Source of the DNA: an uncultured delta proteobacterium
GTDB lineage: Bacteria; Desulfobacterota; Desulfomonilia; Desulfomonilales; Desulfomonilaceae
DNA: 64,000 nucleotides
Reading direction: 5' to 3'
NCBI GenBank assembly: GCA_963741425.1
Contig: CAVUHP010000010.1
Location: 19,939-83,938, forward strand
Numbering within the stretch: the stretch's first letter is position 1; each line of letters starts with the position of its first letter. The position numbers and the translations under genes are program-made. The notes below the pieces were generated by a model. The model had not been told where the DNA came from. It was given only the letters and a program-made list of their open reading frames with translations, and made no database searches. Shown here piece after piece: positions 49,019 through 59,480 of this stretch.

Positions 49019-50145
49019 TCAGCAAAACTCCCGTTGGCGAGTCGATGAAATCAGCCGTGCGTCTCGATTACCGGTGTTTACTATGGGAGATTTGCCGAAG
49101 GGACAGGCGGGATAACGGCATTCATCACATTGTAGGCACAACCCGCCATGAGCCAATTGGGCCAAATCGCGAGGAGAGATCTTTTCTCCTGCCAGGATTC
49201 GGGGCAGCAACAGGTCAAAAACAGTTGTCCCGTGGAATATAGCGGAGGCAGGGACCCCGATTACCTGGATTCCATTAATGCTCGCTAAAAGCAACATGGC
49301 CCCGGGCATGACCGAAGAGCCAAAAATGCAAATCTTCTGCTCCGGCCTTTCTAATTCCTGCTCGGGTCACATCATCCGGATCTACAGACGTGCCTCCGGT
49401 CGCTATGATCAGCTCGGCTCCTTCGTCTAAATAACTCCGGATGGTATTAGCGATGAAATCTGCATCATCCGGCGTGAAAGTAATCTTCATTATTTCACAA
49501 TTAAGCGCCTTCAGTTTGGGCGACAACGCGTCCACGAACCTGTCCTTGATCAGTCCCTCGTAAACCTCTTGGCCCGTAATTACGAGTCCGGTCCGCGGTC
49601 GGGAAAGCTCCTTGACCGTGAAGACACCGCCGCAATCGCGCGCCACCTCAACAGCCTTGGTCACGAGATCTCGCTCGATTACCAGTGGAATAGCCTTCGT
49701 CCCCGCCACTATCCGGCCTTTTTTTACCAGCGTATTATTGTGGATGCTCGCACACATGATTCCATCGATAAGATTGAAATCCGTCAGCGCGGCCACGTTC
49801 ACTTTAAGAAGGCCGTCGTGTGCAGCAAAGAGGTTGATCTTCCCTTCAGAAGGCTTAGGCTTAAATGTGATTCCCGGTCCCGATAGGGCCTCGGCTAGCT
49901 TCAGGGCGGCTTCGTCTTCGTGCATAGCCGGAATCGCTTATTTCTACTACGTAGAGATGTCTCTTTCCCAACCGAGCCAAGTGATCCAGGTCTTGCTGAC
50001 TTATTATTTGCCCTTTTTTGAAAGCCGCTCCTTTGAATTCGCCGGGGCGGATCTCCGTGATATCGTGAGCCAGGGCCATGCCCACGGCATCAGCCAGGTC
50101 GATAAGCTGCATCTTATACGCAAAAGGCTCAGGCATAATCGTCAC
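49019..50145 (-). pseudogene. MoeA-like/MoCF-biosynthesis-domain molybdopterin-binding protein, two frameshifts
   Basis: There are three ORFs in three frames (49861..50145, 49275..49925, 49019..49309). Joined, they read ...LYVVEIS|IPAMHEDEAALKLAE...ATGGTSVDPDD...GAEDLHF|GSSVMPGAMLLLASINGIQVIGVP...CLQCDEC. The second shift is in an A5/T5 run at 49322-49326. Confidence 0.65.
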
Positions 50146-50226
50146 TCCACAATTCTTTGTCGTGTCATTGATGTAGGTCTGCGAGACCCATTTGTGAGGT
50201 CTATTTGAGAAGCGGCCCGCTCGTGA

Positions 50227-50796
50227 TTACGATGTCTCGCCGCAACAGGTAAAGCTGCGCGCGTTCTCCGCAAGCAGGCTCACTGTCGCCTTGAGCATGG
50301 CCAGCCGATAGTCCAAAACCGCGCGTTCCGCCTCCACGTTCGAGGCTTCTTTCCGTGCCATCTGCCGTTTTGCGCTTTCCCGACATACTTTCAGTTGGTC
50401 GTCGATGAGCTTTGCTGCCACCTCAGGAGATTCCAGCCGGGCAAAGTAGAGTTTGGCAAAGAATTCCATTCGTATGTCGCGAACATTGCCGACAGGTAAA
50501 GTCATCCACGTCGTAAAGACTTTTCTACCCTCCGGGGTTATGCAGAAAACCTTCTTGGCCGGCCGATTCTCCTGGTCTATCCGTTCATGCGCCACAAGGC
50601 CGTCCTTTTCGAGTCCTATCAGGAGGGCGTAAATGTGACTGGTGCGGAGTATCCAGATCTCACCAAGTCGTGCTCTCAGTTCAGCACAAAGATCGTACCC
50701 ATGAGCCGGACCGAGCATGAGCACGCCTAACAGCGGAAAATCCGCGGTGTTTCTTGTTCTTGTCTGATCGATTGTACTAGTAACGTGACTATTCAT
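50227..50796 (-). CDS. PadR-family transcriptional regulator
   Basis: 189 aa with a winged-HTH (LLGVLMLGPAHGYDLCAEL...IYALLIGLEKDGLV..) and a C-terminal helical domain. Confidence 0.8.
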   Translation of the reverse strand: MNSHVTSTIDQTRTRNTADFPLLGVLMLGPAHGYDLCAELRARLGEIWILRTSHIYALLIGLEKDGLVAHERIDQENRPAKKVFCITPEGRKVFTTWMTLPVGNVRDIRMEFFAKLYFARLESPEVAAKLIDDQLKVCRESAKRQMARKEASNVEAERAVLDYRLAMLKATVSLLAENARSFTCCGETS

Positions 50797-50883
50797 AATG
50801 TGAATAATCGTACTATTTGTAGACCATTTGTGTCAACTGAAATCATTTTGTTTCGTACCGTTCAGTTACAGGCGCCAAGGAAT

Positions 50884-51000
50884 GTCATTGCGAGCGGATA
50901 ACCCGCGGCGTGTCATTACGAGCGGATCGAAGCAATCTCTATTCTCATACGTGATTGGCAACATCCGAGATTGCTTCGTCGCTTCGCTTCTCGCAATGAC
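50884..51000. repeat. cluster of REP units (GTCATTGCGAG...GAAGCAATC family) in both orientations
   Basis: The units are GTCATTGCGAGCGG (50884-97), GTCATTACGAGCGGATCGAAGCAATCTC (50912-39) and the inverse unit GAGATTGCTTCGTCGCTTCGCTTCTCGCAATGAC (50967-51000). Together they can form a long imperfect hairpin. Confidence 0.6.
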
Positions 51001-51190
51001 AAATTCCCGCCCCTCCTAACTGAGGACCTGCTTTGTCTCCGAAATGCCCGTACATACTTCGGGCGGTAGCCCACCTCGAGCTGCCGCCCGTATTTTCTTT
51101 GATCCGTAATGATATTGTTATTTATCGGCTAATGCTCATCTTATCCCAAGATCAATAAAACGATTCACAAAATTCAACATCCCGCGAATA

Positions 51191-51218
51191 GAGATTGCTT
51201 CGCTGCGCTCGCAATGAC
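51191..51218. repeat. REP unit (same family), just after the AOR stop codon
   Basis: GAGATTGCTTCGCTGCGCTCGCAATGAC. Confidence 0.55.
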
Positions 51219-51232
51219 ACGTTTCGGACTAA

Positions 51233-53005
51233 TTATTCTGCAGCCGGTCTACCTTCCGTATCCCATCCGCGGGCTCGGTAATAATCGGTCAAAAGATTCT
51301 CCATCTGTTCCATGGTAATCACTTTGCCGGTTTCCGGCAGGGCCTCGGTGCAAAAGCGCTTCGGTAGCTTGTCATCTGCCCGTGTCAGGCCCTCTCGGAT
51401 ATTAAACCGTCGAGTATCATTACTTGTATTTCTGGCGATCTTTTTCATCGCTTCTCTGTCCAGTTCGAGTCCGGTTGCCGCCTTAATCATAGTAGACAGT
51501 TCTTCCCACTGATAAAGGTCACGGTAGAATCTGCACAAGATGAGCGAATCGAAAATCGTCAAACGATCTTCCCATTCAGCGAACATTTCTGCCTTGCCTT
51601 CGATCTGCTCCGGGTCAATGATGTTGGATAGTTCAGGTCTAAAGAAGGTTGTCCGCAAATGGCAGGCCCCTCGATCACTCGTGCCGTAAGCCAATCCCAT
51701 GCCCTTTAAGACCCTTGGATCATAACCCGCGGGCTCCAATCCCTTCACATGTATGGCTTGATCCGCCATTCCTAGCGCTTCCGAGGCATATTTAATGCCT
51801 TTAGCCAGAGTGGCCCCGAGTCCGCGAACATAAGTAATATCGTGAAGGAGTTCCGCGATGCGGTCCACCTGCCCATAATTAATCCGGTAATCTGTTTGGC
51901 CCTGGAGTGATGCTTCTATGGCAAACGCGCAGAGATTTCCGGCTGTGATGGTATCGATCCCCAATCTGTCGCAAATATCGTTCAGATATGCGATCTCCTC
52001 TATGGAATCGACCTCGCACAAGCCCCCGAAAGCATAAATGGTCTCGTATTCAGGCCCATCAATTCGGAGTCCCTTATGCCGACCTTCCTTCACTGTGCCG
52101 AGCCGCCCGCATGCAATAAAGCACCTCAAACAGGGGTGCGGTTGAACATCCATTCGCTCGTGCAACGCCGCTGCATTGATTTGCTCCCGATGTTCCGCAG
52201 TGCCCTTTTTCCAGTAACGAGTCGGGAAACTGCCCACCTTGCTCATGACGTCTACCATCATGGGCGTTCCCATACTCTTATAGGCTTTTACCCCCGGATT
52301 GTCCTTCGATCGTTGAGCTGTATCTCGAGCGAAGCTCTTCGCGAGATCCGGATCTGACAATTCTTTTTTGCGATTACCCCAAAACGCGATCCCTTTTATC
52401 TTCTTGGAGCCCATCACCGCACCGACACCGGTACGTCCCGCGGAACGCCAATAATCGTTTTCGATGACCGCAAAGCTGACCTGGTTCTCACCAGCGGGCC
52501 CGATCACCACCGCTCCGCACTTTTTGGCAGCGGGACGGTTCGCCTTTATCCATTCTTTGATGCGATCTTCAGTTGCGTACGTGTCAAGACCCCAGAGATC
52601 ATCAGCCGGGTGGAATTGGACTCCTTCACTGGAAACTTCCAACCAAACCGGCTCGGAGCTTGCACCATGAATCATCACCGCATCGAAACCTGTTTCGGCC
52701 ATGTGCACGGCCGTCTTCCCACCTGAATACGATTCCGAGTAGTAACCTGTTTGCGGTGACTTGGTATAGACTCCATGGCGGCAAGAACCCCAGACACCGG
52801 TTCCGGTTGCCGGACCTGTAGCAAATATCAGATGGTTATCGGCGCTTAAGGGATCAACGTTCGCTGGATTGTATTGAAGCAGCAGGCGCGTGGCTAGTCC
52901 CTTGCCACCTAACGTGCGCTCGATCAACTCGTCAGAAATCGTCTTAAGATCGAAGGATTTCTGCGTCGCATTGACCCTTAAGACCAGATTGTACAATCCA
53001 AACAT
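51233..53005 (-). CDS. aor: tungsten-type aldehyde:ferredoxin oxidoreductase (AOR family)
   Basis: 590 aa. The N-terminus LRVNATQKSFDLKTI..TLGGKGLATRLLL and the central and C-terminal AOR domains (..DSLILCRF.., ..GIDTI..) support the call. Confidence 0.9.
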   Translation of the reverse strand: MFGLYNLVLRVNATQKSFDLKTISDELIERTLGGKGLATRLLLQYNPANVDPLSADNHLIFATGPATGTGVWGSCRHGVYTKSPQTGYYSESYSGGKTAVHMAETGFDAVMIHGASSEPVWLEVSSEGVQFHPADDLWGLDTYATEDRIKEWIKANRPAAKKCGAVVIGPAGENQVSFAVIENDYWRSAGRTGVGAVMGSKKIKGIAFWGNRKKELSDPDLAKSFARDTAQRSKDNPGVKAYKSMGTPMMVDVMSKVGSFPTRYWKKGTAEHREQINAAALHERMDVQPHPCLRCFIACGRLGTVKEGRHKGLRIDGPEYETIYAFGGLCEVDSIEEIAYLNDICDRLGIDTITAGNLCAFAIEASLQGQTDYRINYGQVDRIAELLHDITYVRGLGATLAKGIKYASEALGMADQAIHVKGLEPAGYDPRVLKGMGLAYGTSDRGACHLRTTFFRPELSNIIDPEQIEGKAEMFAEWEDRLTIFDSLILCRFYRDLYQWEELSTMIKAATGLELDREAMKKIARNTSNDTRRFNIREGLTRADDKLPKRFCTEALPETGKVITMEQMENLLTDYYRARGWDTEGRPAAE

Positions 53006-53034
53006 GGATCAAAATCCTCGCGGAACCTGAATCA

Positions 53035-54387
53035 TTATCCACGCATCCCTAGGGTTCCTGTTCCCATGCCGGGAACTTGAACACTGAACTTTCGCAAACC
53101 GTACAACTGGCTGGCCTCTTCCCGGAGTTGGTCTTGGAATTGCGGGTCGGCTATACTAATGAGGGCCTCCGCCCGCTCCCGAATGGTTCGCCCCTTTAGA
53201 TCGGCGACACCGTGTTCGGTGACAAGATACGCCACCTCGTTCCTTGGCGTCGTAACCGCCTGGCCTCTATCTAATGCTGCCACGATCCGTGACGCTTTCC
53301 CCTTCGCTGCTGTTGATGGCATGGCGATGATGCTTCGGCCACCCTTTGAGCGGTTGGCACCTCGCACGAAGTCCACCTGTCCCCCAACCCCGCTGAACTG
53401 TTTGGGCCCAAGGGTATCGGCCGCTACCTGACCTTGGAGATCCACCGCTATCGCCGAGTTTATTGACACCATATTGTCATTCTGAGCAATTATGAACGGA
53501 TCGTTCGTGAAATCTACAGGGTACGATTCCACAATGGAATTACCATCGAGCCATTCGTAGAATTGGGCGGACCCCATGGCAAATGTGATAACCATTTTTC
53601 TTGGTCTGAAGGTCTTTTTCTTGCAGGTTATCACTCCACCTTCCACCAACTTCATAACGCCATCGGAGATCATTTCCGAATGGATTCCCAGATCGTTCTT
53701 GTCCCCAAGGAAGCTGAGCACTGCATCGGGCAGCCCCCCGATTCCCAACTGGAGGCAGTCGCCATCTTTGATAAGGCTGGCCACATTCTTGCCTAAGGCT
53801 TTTTCCATGTCCCCAATCTTGGCCGGCTTCAATTCAATCAGAGGCTCCTCAGTAGGCACAAAGTAATCGATATCCGTAACATGCAGATAGCAATCTCCCC
53901 CAATCCGGGGCATGTGAGGATTCACGGCTGCAATCACGGTTTTAGCGCTAAGCGCAGCCTGTTTGGTGTAATCAACGGATATACCGAGACATACGAAACC
54001 TAATTTGTCCGGCGGAGATACCCCGATAAGCGCAACGTCTACCGGCAGTCGATTGTCCCGGAACAGAAGCGGGATTTCGGAAAAGTAGCAGCAGGTGTAG
54101 TCTCCCCTTCCTTCGTTTACCGCTTGCCTGCTGGTAGAGCCAACAAACAAGGAGTTGTGCCTGAATGATTTCTGGTACTCCGGTTGGCAGTATCGGGCTC
54201 CGCCCATAGAGACCATATGAACGACCTCCACAGCTTCCAGCTCTTCTGCCCGATCCACCATTGCCTCCACCAGACACGTAGGCTCACCGCACGCATGGCT
54301 GAAAACTACTCTGTCTCCCGACTTGATTGCCTTGACCGCCTCTTCAGGGGAGACTTTGCGCTCGTTATAATACGTCCTCCAGTTCAT
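53035..54387 (-). CDS. 4-hydroxybutyrate CoA-transferase / acetyl-CoA hydrolase-transferase family
   Basis: 450 aa: MNWRTYYNERKVSPEEAVKAIKSGDRV..., ..GIGGLPDAV.., ..SGVGGQVDF. It is adjacent to abfD, as in the 4-aminobutyrate fermentation genes of Clostridium aminobutyricum. Confidence 0.8.
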   Translation of the reverse strand: MNWRTYYNERKVSPEEAVKAIKSGDRVVFSHACGEPTCLVEAMVDRAEELEAVEVVHMVSMGGARYCQPEYQKSFRHNSLFVGSTSRQAVNEGRGDYTCCYFSEIPLLFRDNRLPVDVALIGVSPPDKLGFVCLGISVDYTKQAALSAKTVIAAVNPHMPRIGGDCYLHVTDIDYFVPTEEPLIELKPAKIGDMEKALGKNVASLIKDGDCLQLGIGGLPDAVLSFLGDKNDLGIHSEMISDGVMKLVEGGVITCKKKTFRPRKMVITFAMGSAQFYEWLDGNSIVESYPVDFTNDPFIIAQNDNMVSINSAIAVDLQGQVAADTLGPKQFSGVGGQVDFVRGANRSKGGRSIIAMPSTAAKGKASRIVAALDRGQAVTTPRNEVAYLVTEHGVADLKGRTIRERAEALISIADPQFQDQLREEASQLYGLRKFSVQVPGMGTGTLGMRG

Positions 54388-54412
54388 AAAAATTCTCCTT
54401 AGGAACAGATCA

Positions 54413-55862
54413 TTAGTCTATTCCGGCAAGAGCCTTAGCCAAAGCCTTCTTGTGTTCCAGATCACCTTGACGCGAGATCATTATTCTCTGAGCCTGTGGC
54501 GATCCGGCGCCGTGCATTGATTCTGTTCTGTATCCCACTGCGGCTGTGCCCAAAGTTATATTCTCGATTAGCCGTAAGATCCGCATACGGTGTTCCGTCG
54601 GGATCGAGGCCGTTCCCCGAAGGTACTTTTCGATATATTTGCCAATCTCGGGGTGTTTGAGATCGCACTCTGAAGGCATGGTAACCATCAATCCTCCTGC
54701 TATGTCTTCTGCCAACCTTGCAATCTCGTATGGGAGCCGTGTGACGTTCTGTTTGCATACATTGGCTAACAAGAGATTGACCAGGTAAGTTCCGGAAGCT
54801 GTCCTTTTCCCCTCAGACGAACAAGCCAACCCGCAGGCATACAGTGTTTCATTCAGATGGACCATTTCGATAAGTTTGTCTTTAATGTGCGAAGCTTTTG
54901 CCGCTCCATTGTAATCCGAGGCCAGAGCAGCCGCGCCAATGAGAACATCACCCACACCTACCTTGCACCCTCCGTAGCTCTGCCGGTGATATCCGGCGAA
55001 CCGTTCCACCAGCATTCCGGCGTACTCATGCTCACCACACATGAAGACGTTTTCCCATGGAATGAAAACATCTTCGAAAATCACAAGAGCCTCATGTCCC
55101 CCAAATTCCTTGTTTCCGACGTCTATATCGCCGGCTTCCAATTTCCGGGTATCGCAGGATTGCCGACCGTAAATATAGAAGATTCCTTCGGCATCCGATG
55201 GAGCCACAAAGCATACGGCATAATCCGAGTCTTCCTTCTGCAGAGCGATGGTGGGCATGACGAGAATCCAGTGAGAATTCACTGCCCCTGTCTGATGGGC
55301 TTTAGCGCCCCTAACCACTATGCCGTCGGATTTTTTCTCGACCAGATGCAGGTACCTGGTCAGGGTCAGGTTGCTTGCTCGGGGCCAGTCCGCGATCACC
55401 TTTTGGATCGGTCATCGCTCCGTCCACGGTCAGATCATCTTCCTGCATCATGGCTAGGAATTTGAGGAACCTCTCGTGGTATTCGGTACCGAGCTTGTCG
55501 TCCATCTCGAATGTGACGCTATCCACCGAGTTGATCGCGTCCATTCCTACGCAGCGCTGGAAGCATGATCCGGTTTTCTGTCCCAGAAGCCGCTGCATTT
55601 TGATTTTGTTTACCAGGTCCTCAGTCCCCTGATGCAGATGACAAAACCGGTTTACCTTCTTGCCGGTGAGGTGAGACGTGGCAGTCATCAGATCCTCATA
55701 TTGTGGATCCTGAGCCAAAGCGTAAGTCATTTTCACAGAATTCATCGATGGTCTGATGATCGGATGATCTACCGGGTCTGTAACTAATTCTCCCAGCAAG
55801 TAGATTTTAAGATTCAATTTGCGCAAGCTCTCTTCGTATTCCTCAGCAGTTTTGAGGCCCAT
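54413..55862 (-). pseudogene. abfD: 4-hydroxybutyryl-CoA dehydratase / vinylacetyl-CoA delta-isomerase, one frameshift near 55352-55359
   Basis: It is nearly colinear with the C. aminobutyricum AbfD sequence as I remember it (..MQRLLGQKTGSCFQRCVGMDA.., DGAMTDPKGDRGLAPS, ..VEKKSDGIVVRGAKAHQTG.., ..FAGYHRQSYGGCKVGVGD.., ..YRTESMHGAGSPQAQRIMI). ORFs 55311..55862 and 54413..55399 are in different frames. Confidence 0.85.
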
Positions 55863-55952
55863 AATTGTTTCTCCTTTTTATCCATTAACCGGTATTACAT
55901 TGATTTCCGGTCTAAAATTCGAAGTAACCTGCGATGGAGGCGACAACAATGC

Positions 55953-56657
55953 TCAGACAGCCAGATATTTCTTTTGCACGCTCTCCTGGCTCTTAAAATC
56001 TTCTATAGTTCCTGTGAATACGACATGCCCTTTGTCTATGACCACCACACGATCTGAAACACCCATCGCGAAACGTATGTTTTGTTCTGATAGTAAAATG
56101 GTGGTATCCGCGGATTTCAGACTGATTATGAGTTCCTTTGGAACCGATACGATTACCGGGGCGAGGCCTTCGCTCGGTTCGTCCAAGACCAGAACGTCGG
56201 GATTCCCCATCAGCGCTCTGGCGATTGTCAACATCTGCTGCTCCCCGCCGGAAAGCGATCCACCATACCGGTTTCGTAGAGCGACCATGATAGGAAATTG
56301 CTCAAGAACCGTATCGATGCTCCAACGTCCCTTCCGGTTCGGGATCTTACCTAATTCCAGGTTCTCTTCGACCGTGAACGGCCCGAATATGCGCCGATCC
56401 TCAGGAACAAAACCCAGGCCCATTCTGGCCATTTTGTAGGGCGGCGATCCTGTGCAATCCTTACCTTTAAAGATTACCTTTCCTTCTTTCGGACGGGTTA
56501 ATCCCATGATGGAGCGGAATGTAGTAGTTTTGCCGGCCCCGTTGCGCCCCATGAGACAAACGGTCTCGCCCGGATCCACTGAAAGGCTCACACCGAACAA
56601 GATATGGCTGCGACCGTAGAAGGTATTCAGGCCTTCGGCTTCCAAGATGTGGCTCAT
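55953..56657 (-). CDS. livF: branched-chain amino acid-type ABC transporter ATP-binding protein (LivF-like), system 1
   Basis: 234 aa with GRNGAGKTT, LSGGEQQML and LVLDEPSEGLAP. Confidence 0.85.
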   Translation of the reverse strand: MSHILEAEGLNTFYGRSHILFGVSLSVDPGETVCLMGRNGAGKTTTFRSIMGLTRPKEGKVIFKGKDCTGSPPYKMARMGLGFVPEDRRIFGPFTVEENLELGKIPNRKGRWSIDTVLEQFPIMVALRNRYGGSLSGGEQQMLTIARALMGNPDVLVLDEPSEGLAPVIVSVPKELIISLKSADTTILLSEQNIRFAMGVSDRVVVIDKGHVVFTGTIEDFKSQESVQKKYLAV

Positions 56658-57421
56658 GAAACCTCCTCACCGAGGTAGGCTGTAATCACCTCGGGGTTGT
56701 TGCGTATTTCTTCGGGCGTGCCTTCGGCCAAGAGCCTGCCCAACTGCAACACACGAACCGTTTGCGCTATGCCGAAGACCGTGTCCATGTCATGTTCTAT
56801 GAATATCAGAGTGAGGTTAAATTCCTTCCACAACTTGGTAATCAAATCTCGGGTGAGCTGGCGCTCGTCAGGTGACATGCCCGAAGTGGGTTCATCCAGA
56901 AGAAGCAGCTTAGGCTCCAAACCCAAGGCAATACCTATGTCGAGAAGCTTCTGATCGCCGTGGGCCAGTTCGAATGCCTGGCGGCCGGAATCCTTCTCAA
57001 GTCCGAGACTTTCGAGGATGCTGTAAGCTTTGTCTGTGGCTTGTTTGAACTGAGAAATATTGGTGAAGGTTCTTTGTGCCTGGTCCAGCCTGGCCAGACA
57101 AGCCAAGCGAACATTATCCAAGACGGTCTCCTCCGGAAAGAACGAGGTAACTTGGAAAGCGCGTCCCATGCCTCGTTTTACGATGTCGCGAACATGCAGG
57201 GGCGTGACATCCTCTCCCTGGAACAAGATGCGACCTTTATCAGGTAATAAATAACCGGTAATCTCGTTAAACAAGGTTGTCTTTCCGGCCCCATTGGGTC
57301 CGATGATGGCCGAAATGCTGCCCGCGGGCACGGAAAAACTAACGTCCGAGGTCACTCTGAGACCACCAAAGGCCTTTTCCACATGATCCAGCACTAATAC
57401 CGGTTCCATTTCAACCTCCAC
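56654..57421 (-). CDS. livG: ABC transporter ATP-binding protein (LivG-like), system 1
   Basis: 255 aa with GPNGAGKTTLFN, the HGDQKLLDIGIALG signature region, LLLDEPTSGM and IEHDMD. Confidence 0.85.
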   Translation of the reverse strand: MEVEMEPVLVLDHVEKAFGGLRVTSDVSFSVPAGSISAIIGPNGAGKTTLFNEITGYLLPDKGRILFQGEDVTPLHVRDIVKRGMGRAFQVTSFFPEETVLDNVRLACLARLDQAQRTFTNISQFKQATDKAYSILESLGLEKDSGRQAFELAHGDQKLLDIGIALGLEPKLLLLDEPTSGMSPDERQLTRDLITKLWKEFNLTLIFIEHDMDTVFGIAQTVRVLQLGRLLAEGTPEEIRNNPEVITAYLGEEVS

Positions 57422-58374
57422 CCTCGCTGGGAGCGGACATAATGCGTGCTTTTAGCAATTGGAACTCACCGGCCAAGCCTCGGGGTAAGAGAAGGACCAT
57501 CACCATCATCACCAGACCGATAATCAGCGACCAGTCCTCGGTTTTAGCTCCAACTACCTCGCCGATCACAAGGATCACCCCGGCGCCTATAAAAGGTCCG
57601 AAAAACCGGCCTATTCCGCCTAGAACGGCCATGAGGATGACTTCGCCTGAAGTGGTCCAATAAAGCATGTCCGGGTGGATGGAATTGTCGACCCCTGCGA
57701 TGAGAGCACCGGCTAATGCCGAAAAGAAAGACGAAATTACGTAAATCCGAAGCTGATTGCGTTTTACCTGTCCGCCCAGGAAACGTACCCGCTCGGGGTT
57801 CTGCCGGATACATCGCAGTACAAGGCCCATAGGGGAATCGACCAGCCGCCGCATATACCAGATAGACAGTAGGACTAAGATCAGAGCGCAGTAGTAGTAA
57901 ACAACCCGGTCTGAAAGTATTCCCGGAGGTACTAGTCCTTGGATTCCGTCGTCACCGCCCGTGATATGGTAGAGTCTGAACACGAGTTGCCAGATCAGCT
58001 GACCGAAGGCCAGCGTCAGCACAGTGAAGAACACTCCGCTTACACGAATGATCAAAAGACCTATCAGGATCGAGAGTACGATGGAGCCCAACAGACCTAC
58101 GACTATGCCGGGGACGAACCAGCTTTCACCCAGGTACCGCACCATCATGCCAACACCATACGCCCCTAAACCGTAATAGAGTCCCTGGCCGAAAGAGAGC
58201 ATGCCTGTAAGGCCGAACAACAGATTGAAAGCAACAGCGAACATCCCCCACAGAAGGATGTGGTTGGCCAGCATAAGCTGATAGTCCGAGGTTCTCTACC
58301 AGAGGCACTGCGGCAAAGATCACGAAGAATAGGACCCAGAATGAAGCCGCCTTGTAACTTTTCATGTTTTCCAT
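57411..58374 (-). pseudogene. livM: ABC transporter permease (LivM-like), system 1, one frameshift near 58275-58290
   Basis: ORF 58126..58374 (MENMKSYKAASFWVLFFVIFAAVPLVENLGLS..) and ORF 57411..58274 (..YQLMLANHILLWGMFAVAFNLLFG..) are in different frames. Confidence 0.8.
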
Positions 58375-58376
58375 GG

Positions 58377-59273
58377 CTACACCTTCCTGACCCGCCGAGG
58401 CGCAAACAGCCCCTCAGGCTTGAAAATCAAGGTCAGCACCATGACAATGTAGCTGAAGAGGCAAGCCCATTCAGGTACTAGTGCCACGCCAAAGGCATTC
58501 ACCTCTCCCAAGATGAGCGCACCCAACCAGGCTCCCCAGAAATTGCCCATACCGCCTATCACCACAACGATGAGAGAGTCGATAATCACCTCAATGCCCG
58601 CACCTGGTGTCACAGAGCGAAGAGGCGCGGCCAATCCGCCGGCGAAACCGCCCATGGCAGTGGCGATGCCAAAGACCAGCGTCATCGTGAGTGGCACGTT
58701 AACACCCATTGAGCTCAACATTTCTCGGTCAAGCGCCGCGGCCCGGGCAATGCGGCCCACGCGCGTGCGGGTCAGAATCAACCATGCCGCTATTACCACC
58801 GCCAACCCAATCAGGATTATAGCCACGTTGTAGGACGGAATCGTGAGGCCGGCGATCTCGATGGAACCGCTGAACCCGGGAGGTCTTTGCAAGGACTTGT
58901 ACTCTGTGCCCCATATGAGCTTCACCACGTCATCAATGACAAGAATGAATGAATAGGTCAGGAGTATTTGGAATCCTCCCTCCTCAGCACGTCCGTAGAT
59001 GCGCCGCAGGAACAATGATTCCGCCAACATTCCGAGAATCCCTGCCCCTAAAGCTGCCACGATGATGGCGGGCCAGAAGTGCGTGTGCCAGGCAGAAACC
59101 GCTTGGTAAGCCAAATAAGCGCCGATCATGAAAAAAGAACCGTGCGCAAAGTTGAAAACATTGCCCACACCGAAAATCAAGGTGAGGCCGCTTGCCACCA
59201 GGAACAAAAGGGTGGCGGCGGTCAGACCGCTTAGGAACTGCATTATGATGAAAGAAAGATCCATTGGAATCAC
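58377..59273 (-). CDS. livH: ABC transporter permease (LivH-like), system 1
   Basis: 298 aa, polytopic, with ..FGVGNVFNFAHGSFFMIGAY... Confidence 0.85.
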   Translation of the reverse strand: MIPMDLSFIIMQFLSGLTAATLLFLVASGLTLIFGVGNVFNFAHGSFFMIGAYLAYQAVSAWHTHFWPAIIVAALGAGILGMLAESLFLRRIYGRAEEGGFQILLTYSFILVIDDVVKLIWGTEYKSLQRPPGFSGSIEIAGLTIPSYNVAIILIGLAVVIAAWLILTRTRVGRIARAAALDREMLSSMGVNVPLTMTLVFGIATAMGGFAGGLAAPLRSVTPGAGIEVIIDSLIVVVIGGMGNFWGAWLGALILGEVNAFGVALVPEWACLFSYIVMVLTLIFKPEGLFAPRRVRKV

Positions 59274-59480
59274 CTTCAGGTAAAGGAGACGGGGCTTTTC
59301 CGGCGCACCGTCCTCTTTGCGATGGAGAATCCCTCAATTGCCTGCAACCAGGCCAAGAACTCTCATAGTCTCGGCCGGGGACTCTCAAAGAGCGTTGGCA
59401 GTGCCTCCGCCTGTGGTCACAGGTCCGTTGGCATCTTCCGAGCATCACTGCTCGATTCAAAATCCTTGCGATACGCTTCT

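Noticed and set aside
50884-51218. CRISPR-like appearance of repeated ~28-34-nt units
   Set aside because: The units occur in both orientations with irregular spacing and variable cores, there are no cas genes, and the same family occurs singly at 14156. This is a REP family, not a CRISPR array.
7058-58374. Selenocysteine (UGA) or other stop-codon recoding as an explanation for the split genes (acd, ribBA, aminotransferase, modA/C, MoeA-like, abfD, livM)
   Set aside because: In every case the two halves are in different reading frames and usually overlap. A frameshift is therefore needed, not an in-frame stop.
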